Positions 9,505 through 20,700 are shown, counted from the stretch's first letter. The stretch is DNA of 64,000 bases from an uncultured Planctomycetales bacterium (GCA_964572345.1 CAZNFA010000006.1:89437-153436); one strand, 5' to 3'. Made by a program: numbers and translations. Notes: generated from the sequence alone by a model not told the origin.

Positions 9505-11286
9505 TCAGCCTTCGCCCTCCGGCGGCTCTTGCTCGTCCTCCGGCGCCTCCTCTTCCTCCGGCTGCGCTTCGATGTCGAACTGGCCGCCTTGGGCCCTGAG
9601 GTGCTCACGCAAGCGGATCTGCATGGTGAGGTAGGGGAAGTCCTCGTTCGTGACGGCCTTCCGAATGCTCTCGACGGCTAGGCTCATCTGCTCGTCGGCC
9701 TGAGCAGGGCTCACGGCCAGGTTGGAGAGCATGTAGTGTGCGACGGCCAGCGAGGAGTGCGGGAGCCAGGCGCGCGGCCCCGCCGCCAACCGCTGGTAGA
9801 TTTGGATGCACTCGTTGAGCGTGCTGGCGGCTTGTTCGCGGGCGGTCTCAATGGCGGTTTGCAGCGGCTCCCGCTCAACGGTCTCGCCGGGACGAACCTG
9901 GGCATAGCGTTCCAGGGCGGTCAGATGAGCGGAAATGGCGTCCACGCGCTGGGCGTGAATGCGCGCGACCAGCATCTTCGCCGCCCCCTCCGCACCGGCC
10001 ACGAGCTGCTGAACGAACTTGTCGTTGACGATCATCTTGAGCCGCTCGTTCTTGCGCTCGGGGTCCTTGTCTCGCTGAAGTTTGCCCGCCGCGCTGACCC
10101 AGGCTTCGGTAGCGGAGCGCGAGTTCCCGAACGCCCGAACGGCTGCCTGGGCGGCCTGGAGAGCCTCCTCCTCGTTGGCATATGCGGCTTCGGCGAGTTC
10201 TGCAACTTTGGTCCGCGCCTCGTCCAGCTTGGGGCGTAGCTCGCTCAGCCGCGCCGCGTAGCGGGCTTGTTCGCCTTGCGCGGTTTGGCCCGACCGCTGC
10301 ACGAATTCGATCCGCTCGGCGAGGGTCTTCTGCGCGTCGATGAAGCGTTGGGCCTTTTCCTTGGCAACGGTGAGCTTCCGCTCGAGCTCTTCGAGCCCTT
10401 CGACGGTTTCGCCACCTCGGATTTCGGCCGTCTGCAGATCGTCACCGACCAACTCGCCACCGTGCGTCCCGCCCTTGGCCAGCAGTTGCTCCTGCTCTTG
10501 GAGGGTTCGCAGTTGGTCGGCGATTTCGCCGAACCGCTCGCGATAGGCGTTGAAGGAGGCATCGTCGCCGGCCTGGAAACCCTTTTCCTCCAGGCTCAGC
10601 AAGGCCGCCCGCCCGGCCTCAAGCCGCTCGCGCACCTGCGCGAGCTCTTGCTTCCGCTGGGCAACCGCGCGGGTCAGCGCGTCGGCCTGGGCGGCGGCCT
10701 CGTCCTTCCGGGTGGTCAGCTCCTCCGAATCCCGCTGAAGATCGGCCAGGATCTCGCTGACGTCGAGGCCGGCATAGTGATCCGTCTCGGCCTGGGTGAG
10801 CTTCCACGTCGCCGCCAGGTTTAGCAGCTCGGCTTGCTCGTCCCGTAGCCGCCTACGCAGGACGTGTGCGTCTTCCAGCAGCCGCGAAGCCCTCAGGAAC
10901 TCGGCCATGCCCTGGATGTGCGCGACGCCGAGCACATCGCGGCCGGTCTGCTGCGCCTCGCGGGCATGCCGCACGGCACGCTCAAACAGCGCTTGATGCT
11001 GATCGTACAACTGCTCGAAGCCCCGCAGCGCGGCGAGTGTTTCCTGCGGCCGCTCGACGAGCCCGTCCAAGTCCGCTTCCTTCAGGCTGTCGAGGTCCGC
11101 CTGGCGCTCGAGATGCGGCAGCGTATAGCTCTCCGCGTAGCGGTGCAGCTCGCGCCGGGCCAGCTCGGCCTGCTCGGTCGCCTGAGCCGCCTGTTTGCTG
11201 GCGGCGGTACGCAGCCTGGGTGCGAGGAAGCCGGCCGCCAGAATGACGATCACGATCACGACGCCGACGATGATTTGCGGCCTCAA
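9505..11286 (-). CDS. Membrane-anchored long coiled-coil protein with an acidic C-terminal tail
   Basis: N-terminal TM (IIVGVVIVIVILAAGFLA) followed by ~550 aa of heptad-like A/E/Q/R/L-rich sequence. It ends EEEEAPEDEQEPPEGEG. Start placed at a TTG preceded by GGAGCAG, because the longer track ORF (to 11673) would overlap the upstream gene. Confidence 0.5.
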   Translation of the reverse strand: MRPQIIVGVVIVIVILAAGFLAPRLRTAASKQAAQATEQAELARRELHRYAESYTLPHLERQADLDSLKEADLDGLVERPQETLAALRGFEQLYDQHQALFERAVRHAREAQQTGRDVLGVAHIQGMAEFLRASRLLEDAHVLRRRLRDEQAELLNLAATWKLTQAETDHYAGLDVSEILADLQRDSEELTTRKDEAAAQADALTRAVAQRKQELAQVRERLEAGRAALLSLEEKGFQAGDDASFNAYRERFGEIADQLRTLQEQEQLLAKGGTHGGELVGDDLQTAEIRGGETVEGLEELERKLTVAKEKAQRFIDAQKTLAERIEFVQRSGQTAQGEQARYAARLSELRPKLDEARTKVAELAEAAYANEEEALQAAQAAVRAFGNSRSATEAWVSAAGKLQRDKDPERKNERLKMIVNDKFVQQLVAGAEGAAKMLVARIHAQRVDAISAHLTALERYAQVRPGETVEREPLQTAIETAREQAASTLNECIQIYQRLAAGPRAWLPHSSLAVAHYMLSNLAVSPAQADEQMSLAVESIRKAVTNEDFPYLTMQIRLREHLRAQGGQFDIEAQPEEEEAPEDEQEPPEGEG

Positions 11287-11371
11287 CGTTCTGCTCCGAA
11301 TGGAAGAACCCCGTCCCCGGTCGCGACCGGGCGCCCGGAATAGGGCTGTGTACCGCCCGGCGGCGTGCGTG

Positions 11372-12487
11372 TCAATTCTCCAGGGCGTGGGCGGCCAACT
11401 GCTCCCAGGTCCGGTTGTCGCCGAACCCGACCAGCCGCCCGGCCTGATCCACGATGAAGACACCCGGAATCCGCCGGACGCCCCAGGTGCGGGCAAACTC
11501 GTTCGCCCAACCCAAACCGTCGTTGAACTGCGGCCAGTCGATTCCCAAGGCGTCACAGGCGGCCGACATCTGATCCCGGGTCGCATCCAGGTTGACGCCG
11601 ACCACCCGGACTTGCGGATGCGCTTGGCGGAACGCCTCCACGCTCGCTGCACACTCACGGGCGCTGGCGTCAAAACCTGCCCACACCACGATCAGCACCA
11701 CCCGCCCGGCATGCTCACGCGTGTCTACCCAATCGCCGTCCACGCCGCGGAACCTCAGCCAGAATGCGCCGCCGACCGCTTCCTCCCGACGCAACTGGGC
11801 CGCCAGCAGGGCTGTGACTGCATGATCCGGAAACGCTTCGGACAGGCGCTTGACCAAGCGGCGCATCGTCTGGCGGTCGCCGACCCGGCGGGCTTGCTCG
11901 AACAGGATCGTCGCCAGCCGCGGCGTGTACCGGCTGGCGGGGTAGCGCTCCACATACTGTCGGTACGCCACCAGCAGGGATGCGTCGGCGGCGGTGACCG
12001 GGACCGACGTCGGCTGGGTAGCGGTTGAGCGTATTAGCCGTTCGCAGAAGATCGCCCAATAGGCCGCTTCGTGCAGCACCCGCTCGCTCGGGGGATTGTG
12101 CAGGTACTCCCGGACCTGGGCGGCCAGCCGCTCGAACTCGCCGCCGCTGAGCGCGGCGATCTCGAAAAGCATGGTCAGCTCGAGTCGCACCGCCTCGTCC
12201 CGATGCGGCCCGCCGGGATAGAGCGTCAGGTAGAGGCGTACGCGTTCGAGCAGCGTCCGGCGTTGCGGCAGGGCGACGGCCGACGGGTCCGCGCCCGCTT
12301 GTCGCGCGACAAGCTGCTCATGCAGCGTCACGATTTGCTGCCACAGGGCTTCATCACGGGAGACGGGCTGTGAAGCGGCGGCGTCCGAGACTTGGCCGGC
12401 CTCGGCGACGGCAACGCCCGTTTGAGCCCACAACATGCCGGGGACCACGACCGTCAGCGACAACAGAACTGTAATGCTGGCCGCCAT
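11372..12487 (-). CDS. Secreted TlpA/redoxin-like thioredoxin-fold protein with an N-terminal helical domain
   Basis: Start at the internal ATG that gives a signal peptide (MAASITVLLSLTVVVPGMLWAQT). The C-terminal segment RVVLIVVWAGFDASARECAAS...RIPGVFIVDQAGRLV is redoxin-like but lacks a canonical CxxC (single Cys). Confidence 0.6.
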   Translation of the reverse strand: MAASITVLLSLTVVVPGMLWAQTGVAVAEAGQVSDAAASQPVSRDEALWQQIVTLHEQLVARQAGADPSAVALPQRRTLLERVRLYLTLYPGGPHRDEAVRLELTMLFEIAALSGGEFERLAAQVREYLHNPPSERVLHEAAYWAIFCERLIRSTATQPTSVPVTAADASLLVAYRQYVERYPASRYTPRLATILFEQARRVGDRQTMRRLVKRLSEAFPDHAVTALLAAQLRREEAVGGAFWLRFRGVDGDWVDTREHAGRVVLIVVWAGFDASARECAASVEAFRQAHPQVRVVGVNLDATRDQMSAACDALGIDWPQFNDGLGWANEFARTWGVRRIPGVFIVDQAGRLVGFGDNRTWEQLAAHALEN

Positions 12488-12492
12488 GCCTG

Positions 12493-13239
12493 CTACCAGA
12501 ACATCCAATCGTGGTACCCGACCACGTAGACGTACAGCACCAAGTTGGTGACGGCATGCGTGATGACCAAGCACGAAATGCTCTTCTTCCAACAGAACAG
12601 CGCGTTGTAGGCCATCCAGCAGAGGATGCTTACGCCCCAGTTGGCCGGGTGCTCGATGGTGGACAGCAGTGAGACGCCCACGAACGAGAACCACGTAAAC
12701 TGCCCCAGCGGAACCTTGTCGAAGTCGCGCCAGTTGACCAACGCACGCAGCAGGAAGGCCCGCCAGAAGATCTCCTCCACAATCGGTACCGCCGTGGTCG
12801 CCACCGCGATCCGCGTGACGACCGTGACCCAGAACAGACCGTCCGTCCCCAGCTTGTCCCGCGGGTCAACCAGCTCGAACTCACCGGCGAACAGCGGCAG
12901 CGGAAGCTGCTGCGGCAAGCCCAGGTCGTTGAAGAAGTGCTGTCCGGCCACCCAGCCCCAGGCGACGAGCACGCCCACCGGGACCGCAATCAGCCAATAG
13001 GGCTTGCCCCAGGGCGGGAAGTGTCGGCGAAACATCCAGACCACCAGGAGCGCCCCCACGCCTCGCAGGACCGACGCCGCCGCTCGCCATTCGTACGGGA
13101 AGATGTAATCGCGCGGAATCAGCAGCGCCAGATAGACCATGAACGGGCCCATGAGCACCCAGTCCAGCCTCGAGGCGGCCAAACGGTCAACCCAACCGCC
13201 CCCGCCGATCGGGCTCTGCGTGTCAAGCGCTGCGGACAT
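12493..13239 (-). CDS. CPBP-family intramembrane metalloprotease (CAAX protease-like)
   Basis: Multi-TM protein with the EExxxR motif (VEEIFWRAFLLRAL) and HxxxN (ITHAVTNLVLY), typical of the CPBP family. Start at ATG (MSAALDT). Confidence 0.75.
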   Translation of the reverse strand: MSAALDTQSPIGGGGWVDRLAASRLDWVLMGPFMVYLALLIPRDYIFPYEWRAAASVLRGVGALLVVWMFRRHFPPWGKPYWLIAVPVGVLVAWGWVAGQHFFNDLGLPQQLPLPLFAGEFELVDPRDKLGTDGLFWVTVVTRIAVATTAVPIVEEIFWRAFLLRALVNWRDFDKVPLGQFTWFSFVGVSLLSTIEHPANWGVSILCWMAYNALFCWKKSISCLVITHAVTNLVLYVYVVGYHDWMFW

Positions 13240-13511
13240 TCGGCGTTCCGTCGGTCGCGGGTGAGCGAGCAACCCCTCCGCGGGGCCGCACCGGCCCGGG
13301 ATTGAGGCCGGACACTATAGCACGCATCCGGCCCCGAATGAAACGCGGGCGTCCCCTCCGGCACGCCGTTCCCCCCGCCGGAGGTTCGAGTATCATGTCG
13401 GCGGTTGAATGCGAACTAACCGGCGGCGGGCGGACGTGTCCAGGCCCACAGCGGCTATCGTCGCGCGCCGCAGCGGACTAACCGGGTAGCGTTTCTACGG
13501 AGGATCAGCCC

Positions 13512-14831
13512 ATGCGAATTCAAGGTGCCCTCAGCATTGCTCTTCTGGCACTCCTGACCACGGCCGCGGCCAGCGCCCAGGAACTCCTGGACGAACAGAA
13601 GAAGCTACTGGCCAAGCGGGCCGCCGAGGCCGATGCTTATCGCAAACTGGCCGAGGCGGTCTACGGCGTGCAGATCAACTCGCGGACGTACGTTCAGGAT
13701 TTCGTGGCCGAATCGGACGAAATCCGCAGCGGGGTGGACACGTTCGTCCGCGGCATCCGGCTCGGCACGCCCATCTGGTACGAGGACGGAACCTGCGAGG
13801 TGCCCGCGGAGGTCACCGTCGCCAAGGTGGTCCAGACGCTGCGCAGCGTCCACAAGCGGCACTACAAAGGCGACAGCGTCAAGGCCGAAGATTTCGAATC
13901 GATCACCCGCCGCATCGAGAAGAAGGTGATCAAGGTCATCGGTATGGGCGCCCCGCGCGAGGAGTTGCCGCCGGACCTGCCCGAGGGGGTCGTCGAGGAG
14001 TTGGGGCCGCCGCCGGGTGCGGCAAGACCATCGATCCCCGACATCTGGCTACAGATCCCAAGCCAGGCGCGGTTGATGGCAAAGCGGGCGGCGGAAGTGG
14101 ACGCGCAGCGGCGACTGGCCGAGCGGATCAAGGGGGTGCGCTTGACGGCCCACACGCAGGTGCGCGACTTCGTGGCCGAGAGCGACGTCATCACGACCGA
14201 GCTGGACGCGTTTCTCCTCGGGGCGCGCGAGGTCGGCCGCCCCTATTACCACCATAACGAGCTGATCGTCGAGGTCAGGATGCTCATACCCACGGAACAG
14301 GTCATTACGGCCATTAAGCGGCTGCACAGCCGGCATTACAAAGGCGACGATATCAAAGGCTCGGACATCGAGAAGATCACCAGGACGGTCATCAAGAAGG
14401 ACTTCGAGGCCGTCGGCATGGGCGTGCCGCGGCCCAGCTATCTTCTCCAGTACGCGCGGACCACCGAGCCCGAGCTGCCGGACTGGACCATGGCCGCGAT
14501 CGAGGCCGAGGGCGAGGGGACGGACCCCGCCATGAATACGCCGCAGGGCAAACTGCGGGCGGCCCGGGCGGCCGAGCTGGACGCCCGCCGCAAGCTGGCC
14601 GAGCGTATCGCCGGCTTGCAGATCAGCGCGGAAACGATGGTGCGCGACTTCGCCGCTCAGCACGACCATATCAGTACGCTGGTGGATGCGATCATGGTGG
14701 ACGCGCTGGTGTCGCAGACGCGCTTCACCGAGCAGACGGCGATCGTCACGGTGCAGGTACCGGGCATGCGCGTCTGGAGCGTGGTCAACGACGAGCTGTA
14801 CCGGCAATCCCTGCGCGGGCCGGGCGAATAA
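13512..14831 (+). CDS. Secreted protein with three tandem LPP20-like lipoprotein repeats
   Basis: Signal peptide MRIQGALSIALLALLTTAAASAQE. Three ~120-aa repeats, each with A(K/R)RAAE.DA.R(K/R)LAE.I.G..I...T.V.DF.AE.D.I and ...HYKGD...D.E.ITR, resembling Pfam LPP20. Confidence 0.7.
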   Translation: MRIQGALSIALLALLTTAAASAQELLDEQKKLLAKRAAEADAYRKLAEAVYGVQINSRTYVQDFVAESDEIRSGVDTFVRGIRLGTPIWYEDGTCEVPAEVTVAKVVQTLRSVHKRHYKGDSVKAEDFESITRRIEKKVIKVIGMGAPREELPPDLPEGVVEELGPPPGAARPSIPDIWLQIPSQARLMAKRAAEVDAQRRLAERIKGVRLTAHTQVRDFVAESDVITTELDAFLLGAREVGRPYYHHNELIVEVRMLIPTEQVITAIKRLHSRHYKGDDIKGSDIEKITRTVIKKDFEAVGMGVPRPSYLLQYARTTEPELPDWTMAAIEAEGEGTDPAMNTPQGKLRAARAAELDARRKLAERIAGLQISAETMVRDFAAQHDHISTLVDAIMVDALVSQTRFTEQTAIVTVQVPGMRVWSVVNDELYRQSLRGPGE

Positions 14832-14853
14832 CCTGCACCACAAGGAGCTTGCT

Positions 14854-15018
14854 ATGCAAAGCCGGTTGTTTCGGACGCTGCTGGGTGCGTGCCTCGCTGT
14901 GGCGTTGACGTGGTTTGTCGGCTGCTCGAAGCACGAGCACCGCAAGGTCCAGGTCCACGAAGAGCAACACGAGGGCGAGGTCGTCGAGGAGCAACCCGGC
15001 GAGATGGTGGTCGAATAG
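14854..15018 (+). CDS. Small lipoprotein (54 aa)
   Basis: ATG preceded by AAGGAGC 7 nt upstream. Signal peptide with lipobox (LTWFVGCS). Acidic C-terminus HEEQHEGEVVEEQPGEMVVE. Confidence 0.5.
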   Translation: MQSRLFRTLLGACLAVALTWFVGCSKHEHRKVQVHEEQHEGEVVEEQPGEMVVE

Positions 15019-15077
15019 CGCGACGGTCGCCGGGAATGTCCGCCCGCCTGGATGCGTCGCTCTCGTCGGATCGCACG

Positions 15078-16385
15078 ATGGTGAGTTGCCGATACCGTCC
15101 GCCTGCCAAGTTCGGCTGGCTGCTGCTCGTGCTCGCAGCCACGGCGCAGGCGCAGCCACTCACCGGTCCGACACCGCAAGAGCGCGCGTTTCTCGAACGC
15201 CTGGCGTTGGCCCGGGCGCGGGCCCGGATGCTGGACCAGGTCTGGGCGCTGCCATTGAAGACAAACCTGACGGTGGGTAACTGCGTTTCGCGCGACGTCA
15301 GCGCGGACCGCGCGCTGCGGCTGTGGTGCCGCTCGCTACCGCGCTACGCCCCTGCCCGCTTTTACGCCGACGGCACCTGCGACATGGACGTCCGCTTGAG
15401 CCCGGCCACGCTGCGGCAGCAACTGGCCACGCTGCTGCTGCGCTATCCCGCGCTGGCCGAGGGACGCGTCGGCGAGAGAGACCTGACGGGGGGTGAGAAG
15501 GATTGGCCGGTGCTGTGGAGCACGGGCAGCGCGGCGCTGTCCGAGCGCAGCGAGACGCGTCAGCCCGACGGCTGGGGAGACGTTACGTATGAGGGGATCC
15601 AGGTGACGCGTCGGGCGGCGGCGGCCGACGCCCGCTACGCCCTGTTCGAGCAGGCCGGTCGGTTGAAGCTGACAGCGGCCCGTCACCTGCGCGAGTTCCT
15701 GGAATCCGACGATACCGTCGCCGAGGCGGTGCACGAGGCGCTCCAACGTGTGGCAACCGTCACGGTCGAGTGCGGGTTGGACCAGGTGGCCGTGGCCGAG
15801 GCGCGCATCGGCCTGACCGATTTGATCCGCATCCTGACCGAGGTGCACCAGCAGCACTACAGCGGAGACGTGTTCCACGCCGCCGACTTCCGGGAAATGG
15901 CGCTGTTGGCTGACCGGGCCGAACTGAAGACAACGGGACTGGCGGTGCCGCCCAGCCGCTACCTGACCGAGCCAGAATACCAGCTCATCGAGCTGGACAC
16001 ACCGGGGTGGGCCGCCCAGACGCTCAGGGCGTCCGGGCGCTACGAGCCGGCCGACGAGGATGACTTTGCTCAGGTCGTCCGCCTTGGCATCGCCCGCTTC
16101 GATGGCATGGACCACCTGCGCCGGAAGATCGAGGCGTTGGTGATTCAGCAAGGGGTCACGGTCGAGGAGTTCATTGGTCATCACCGCGAATTGAAGGACG
16201 AGATCGTCACGTTTCTAAGCGGGACGCGCATCGTCGGGCGCCCGCAGGCGCTGCCGGGCGACGGCGTCCAGGTCCGGGTCGAGCTCCCCCTCCGCCGCCT
16301 CTGGCTGATCGTCCGCACAGCAATGCAGCGCGTTGAAGTCGATCCGCCCGCAGAGCCCCAACCATCCACAGAGGAAACCCCATGA
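15078..16385 (+). CDS. Secreted LPP20-related protein
   Basis: Signal peptide MVSCRYRPPAKFGWLLLVLAATAQAQP; an alternative ATG lies at 15036. The internal segment LTEVHQQHYSGDVFHAADFREM...LAVPPSRYL parallels LRSVHKRHYKGDSVKAEDFESI...MGAPREEL of the preceding gene, and RRAAAADARYALFEQAGRL matches the LPP20-like motif. Confidence 0.6.
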   Translation: MVSCRYRPPAKFGWLLLVLAATAQAQPLTGPTPQERAFLERLALARARARMLDQVWALPLKTNLTVGNCVSRDVSADRALRLWCRSLPRYAPARFYADGTCDMDVRLSPATLRQQLATLLLRYPALAEGRVGERDLTGGEKDWPVLWSTGSAALSERSETRQPDGWGDVTYEGIQVTRRAAAADARYALFEQAGRLKLTAARHLREFLESDDTVAEAVHEALQRVATVTVECGLDQVAVAEARIGLTDLIRILTEVHQQHYSGDVFHAADFREMALLADRAELKTTGLAVPPSRYLTEPEYQLIELDTPGWAAQTLRASGRYEPADEDDFAQVVRLGIARFDGMDHLRRKIEALVIQQGVTVEEFIGHHRELKDEIVTFLSGTRIVGRPQALPGDGVQVRVELPLRRLWLIVRTAMQRVEVDPPAEPQPSTEETP

Positions 16386-17566
16386 GAACCGTCAGCCTGG
16401 TTGTGTTGCTGGCGAGCGCGTCGTTGGTCCGGGCGCAAGAGCCCGCCGCCCGGAACCGGCCGCAGGACGAGGCCAAGACCGTCCGCGTCACCGCCGAGGG
16501 CTATGACCACGACGACGCGCTCAAGCAAGCCCTACGCCAGGCGCTCGAGCAGGGGGCCGGCGTGCAGCTCGCCGGCTATTCACAGGTCGAGAACTTCGCC
16601 CTGGCGCGCGACACGATCTACAGCCGAGCGGCCGGCATCGTCAGCGACTACCGCATCCTGGAGGAGAAGGAGGGTGCGGGCGGCACGGTAATCATGACGA
16701 TCGAAGCCGTCGTGCGGCCCAGTGCCGTCGCCGAAGCCTGGGGCGAGGTGCAAAACGTGCTCGATCAGATCGGTCGGCCGAAGATCATGGTCTGGATCGA
16801 CGAGCACATCGACAATCGGCTTCAGCGGGATTCGATCGTCGAAAGCCGCATCCAACAGATGTTCGTCAAGGCGGGTTTCGATCTGGTGGAGCGCAACGCG
16901 ATCGCGGACATCACCCGCCGCGAGGCCGCCGACGCAGCCGACGAGAAGAACGCCGCCAAGCTGGCGCGCCTCGCCAAGGATGCCGGCGCCCACATCCTGA
17001 TCCGCGGCTCGGCCAACGCAAATCGGGCGGGGCTGGAGGACCTGTACGGCGTGCCGGCGACGTTCTACAACTGCGACGTGCAGGCCAAGGTGTATTACAC
17101 CGACACCGGGCGGTTGCTGGCCAGCGAATCGTTGCCGGTCACGCGAGCGGGGGCCCGCTCCCGCCGCGAGTTCAGTCCCCAGGCCGCTCGGGCCGCCCTG
17201 GTGCGGGCCACTTTCCCGCCCGAAGGCGACACGTCACGTCGCACGCCCGCTCTGGCAATCAAGCTGTTTGAAACGGTCATGGAGCAGTGGTCCACGCAGA
17301 TCACCGCCGGCGGCGACATCGAGCTGGAGATCGCGGGCCTCGACTTCAAGGCCTACGTCAAGATCAAAAAGGCCCTGGCCGAGATCAAACGCGTCCAGCG
17401 TGTGGACGGGGACTTCACCAAAGGCGCCGCCAAGTTCCGCATCAAGGCCCAGATCTCCGCCGAAACGCTGGCTGAGCAGTTGACCGAGAAGCCCTTCGAC
17501 GACTGGCTCGAGGTGGTGGACCTCAAGCCCAACCGCGTCCAGGCCAAGGCGGTCACCAAACCCTAG
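16382..17566 (+). CDS. Secreted hypothetical protein with an LPP20-like N-terminal region
   Basis: Signal peptide MRTVSLVVLLASASLVRAQE. AKTVRVTAEGYDHDDALKQALRQALEQGAGVQLAGYSQVEN...TVIMTIEAVV resembles the LPP20 fold pattern. The start overlaps the stop of the previous gene (ATGA). Confidence 0.55.
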   Translation: MRTVSLVVLLASASLVRAQEPAARNRPQDEAKTVRVTAEGYDHDDALKQALRQALEQGAGVQLAGYSQVENFALARDTIYSRAAGIVSDYRILEEKEGAGGTVIMTIEAVVRPSAVAEAWGEVQNVLDQIGRPKIMVWIDEHIDNRLQRDSIVESRIQQMFVKAGFDLVERNAIADITRREAADAADEKNAAKLARLAKDAGAHILIRGSANANRAGLEDLYGVPATFYNCDVQAKVYYTDTGRLLASESLPVTRAGARSRREFSPQAARAALVRATFPPEGDTSRRTPALAIKLFETVMEQWSTQITAGGDIELEIAGLDFKAYVKIKKALAEIKRVQRVDGDFTKGAAKFRIKAQISAETLAEQLTEKPFDDWLEVVDLKPNRVQAKAVTKP

Positions 17567-17774
17567 CCGCGAAGCAGAGGGCCGCTCGAGCGTGGCGACG
17601 CCCGCCGCGGCCGCTACCACCGCCGGCTCGGCCCCGCCAGCGCAAGAACTGACCGGTTCACGTGCAACCCCCGCCTTCCAGGCACTTTGGGTATTCCCGG
17701 CCCGGTGTGTGCGTCGATAGTCCCACACGGGGATGTTGCGCCCGGACGCCGTATAGCCGAACAGGAGGTGAGGC

Positions 17775-20700
17775 ATGAAACGGTGCAGTTCTCGCCGATT
17801 GAGCCTGGTGGTGATAGGGATGCTTGCCCTGGGGTGGCTCGGTTCGCAACCGGCGGCCGACCTGAACTCACCACACGCCGCCGCCGCGGCCGCAGCCTGG
17901 CCACTTTGCGACCCGCCCGTGATCATCACGCACCCGGAGAGCGTGACGCTCTGCGAGGGGCTGGCGGCGGAGTTCAGCGTCGAGGCCACCGGGACCGAAC
18001 CGCTGGGGTACCAATGGCGCAAGGACGGTGTCGAGCTTGCAGACGACGACCGAGTCAGCGGTTCACTGACCGACACCCTGACGATCGACCCGGTCACGCC
18101 CGGCGACGCCGGTGACTATGACGTTTTCGTCCAGAACGCCTGTGGCGACGCGACCAGCGACCCGGCGACGCTGACGGTGGATGCGCTCCCGGTGATCATT
18201 GAGCAGCCGACCGACGAAAACGTCTGTGCGGGTGACGCGGTCATGCTCACCGTCATAGCCGAGGGGGCCGAGCCGCTGAGCTACCAGTGGCGCAAAGACG
18301 GGGTCGAGATAGATGGGGCGACCGAAAGCTCGTACGCGATCGACCCGGTGACGGTCGATGACGCCGGCGATTACGACGTGGTGGTGTCGAACGAGTGCGA
18401 CACGACCACCAGTGACGCCGCGACCCTATTCGTCGGGCTGCCAGAGATCACCGAGCACCCGGCAAGTCAGTCCGTCTGCAACGGCGCGCGGGTCACACTG
18501 GCGGTCAACGCGCTCGGCGGCGACACGGTTATCACGGAGGACACCATTGGCTCGACGGAGGACCCCAGCCATGGAGCCCGCATCCGCGGGAACGCTTACG
18601 CGGTAACAACGCCCGCGCTGCTCACGCGGATCGAGCACTATCTGGACATCACGACGCCGGGAACGATCATCTTCTTTGTCTATGAGGCAAACGATAGCGA
18701 GGCGCCATACACGCTCATCCTGGAGGAGACGGTCGCCGACGCGGGCCCGGGCGAGGGTTTCTACGCGTCCAATCCGGTGTACGTGCCGTTGCGGGCGGGC
18801 CGGTACTACATCATCGGGGCCGCCTGGCCGGGCGATCACAGGTACTATTGGGGCGGGTCACACCCGCAGCCGACCTCTTTCGGCCAAACCATCAGCGGCT
18901 ACGCGGTGCCGTACGAGTACCCGCTCCCGGACGACCCGTCACCGACTTCGAACAATGTCCCCCGTCAACGCTTGACCACCACCGCGACCTCCCTGCTGTT
19001 CCAGTGGCGTAAGGACGATGAGGACATCCCCGGAGCGACGGACCAGGTGTACGTGTTGGAGTCGGCACTGCCGGCTGACACGGGCGACTACGAGGCAGTG
19101 GTCACCAACGACTGCGGCTCGACGATCAGCGATGCCGCCGCGGTAATCGTCGCCGAGGCGCAGCCGACCATTGTGCAGCAGCCGGCCGATCAGGCAGCCT
19201 GCGTCGGCGAGCCGGTCACGTTCACCGTCGTCGCCGAGGGCGGCGGGCTGAGTTACCAGTGGCGGAAGAACAGTGCGGAGATCGAGGGGGCGACGGAGTC
19301 GGTCTACACGATCGATCAAGTCAGCGGCGCTGACCAAGGCCAATACGACGTACTGGTGAGCAATGGCTGCGGCTCGATTACCAGCGCGGCCGCGACGTTG
19401 TCCGTAGCAAGCGCCGCTCCGTCGATCACCCGGCAGCCGACCGACCAGGCCGCCTGCGACGGGGGTAGCGCGACGTTTACAGTGGTGGCCGCGGGCAACT
19501 GGCTGGGCTATCAGTGGTGGAAGGACAACGAGGAAATCCCCGGGGCGACTGAGTCCTGGTACACGATCGACCCGGTGTCGTCGCTCGACGAAGGCTACTA
19601 CGAAGTGGTGGTGAGCAACGCGTGCGGCTCGGTAGCGAGCGATGTCGCCGTCCTGACCGTCGTGGAGCTCGGCCCGACGATCACGCAGCAACCCAGCGAC
19701 GTGGACGCCTGTGAGGGCGGGTCGGCGACGTTCACCGTCGCGGCCGACGGTGAAGAGCTCAGCTACCAATGGCGCAAGGGCGCCCAGGACATCCCTGGGG
19801 CCACCGAGTCCTCTTACACGATCGACCCACTCTCCGAGGCAGACGAGGGCACGTATGACGTGGTCCTGACCAACCCGTGCGAATCGGTCACCAGCGATTC
19901 GGCGGAGCTGACAGTAGACTCTGGGCCGACGATCACCGAACACCCCGTCGGACAAACCGGCTGCGAGGGCAACCAGGTCACGTTCACGGTAACCGCCGAG
20001 GGGGAGGTCATCGGCTATCAGTGGCGGAAGGACGATGAGGAGATTCCTGGGGCGACCGGTCCGTCGTACACGATTGATCCGGTGTACCCCTCGGATGCCG
20101 GCGATTATGACGTACTGGTCAGCAATGACTGCGGGACGATCGCCAGCGACACCGCGACGCTGGTCGTCGTCAGCGGCGAACCGGCCATAATAGAGCAGCC
20201 GCTTAGTCAAACGGTCTGTGAGGGCGTTGAAGTCACCTTCAGTGTCACGGCGGAGGGTGACCTCCTCAGCTATCAGTGGCGGAAGGACGGCGACGAGATT
20301 CCCGGGGCGAACGACTCCACGTACGTGATCGGCGCCGTGTCAACCGACGATGACGCGTCTTACGACGTGGTGGTGAGCAACGCGTGCGGCACCGCAACCA
20401 GCGACGCAGCCACGCTGACCGTCCAGACCTGGCCGTCGATTACCGAGCACCCGGCCGACCAACACAAGTGCACGGACGAATCGGTTACGTTCCACGTGAC
20501 GGCCGAGGGGACGGAGCCGCTGAGCCACCAGTGGCGCAAGGATGGCCAGGACATCCCCGGTGCCACGAGCGATACCTACACGATCGACCCGCTGAGCTAC
20601 GAAGACGCCGGCAGTTACGACGTTATGGTAACGAACACGTGCGGGTCGGTGCTGAGCAACGCGGCGGTGTTGACGGTGTCCGCCGGGGCGCAAATCGACG

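Noticed and set aside
14049-15179. 376-aa minus-strand ORF across the LPP20-like gene boundary
   Set aside because: Antisense to two signal-peptide genes with repeat structure. No motifs, and the composition is shadow-like.
18939-20210. 423-aa minus-strand ORF inside the giant Ig-repeat gene
   Set aside because: Antisense to a strongly supported repeat-protein gene. The composition is typical of a GC-rich shadow frame.
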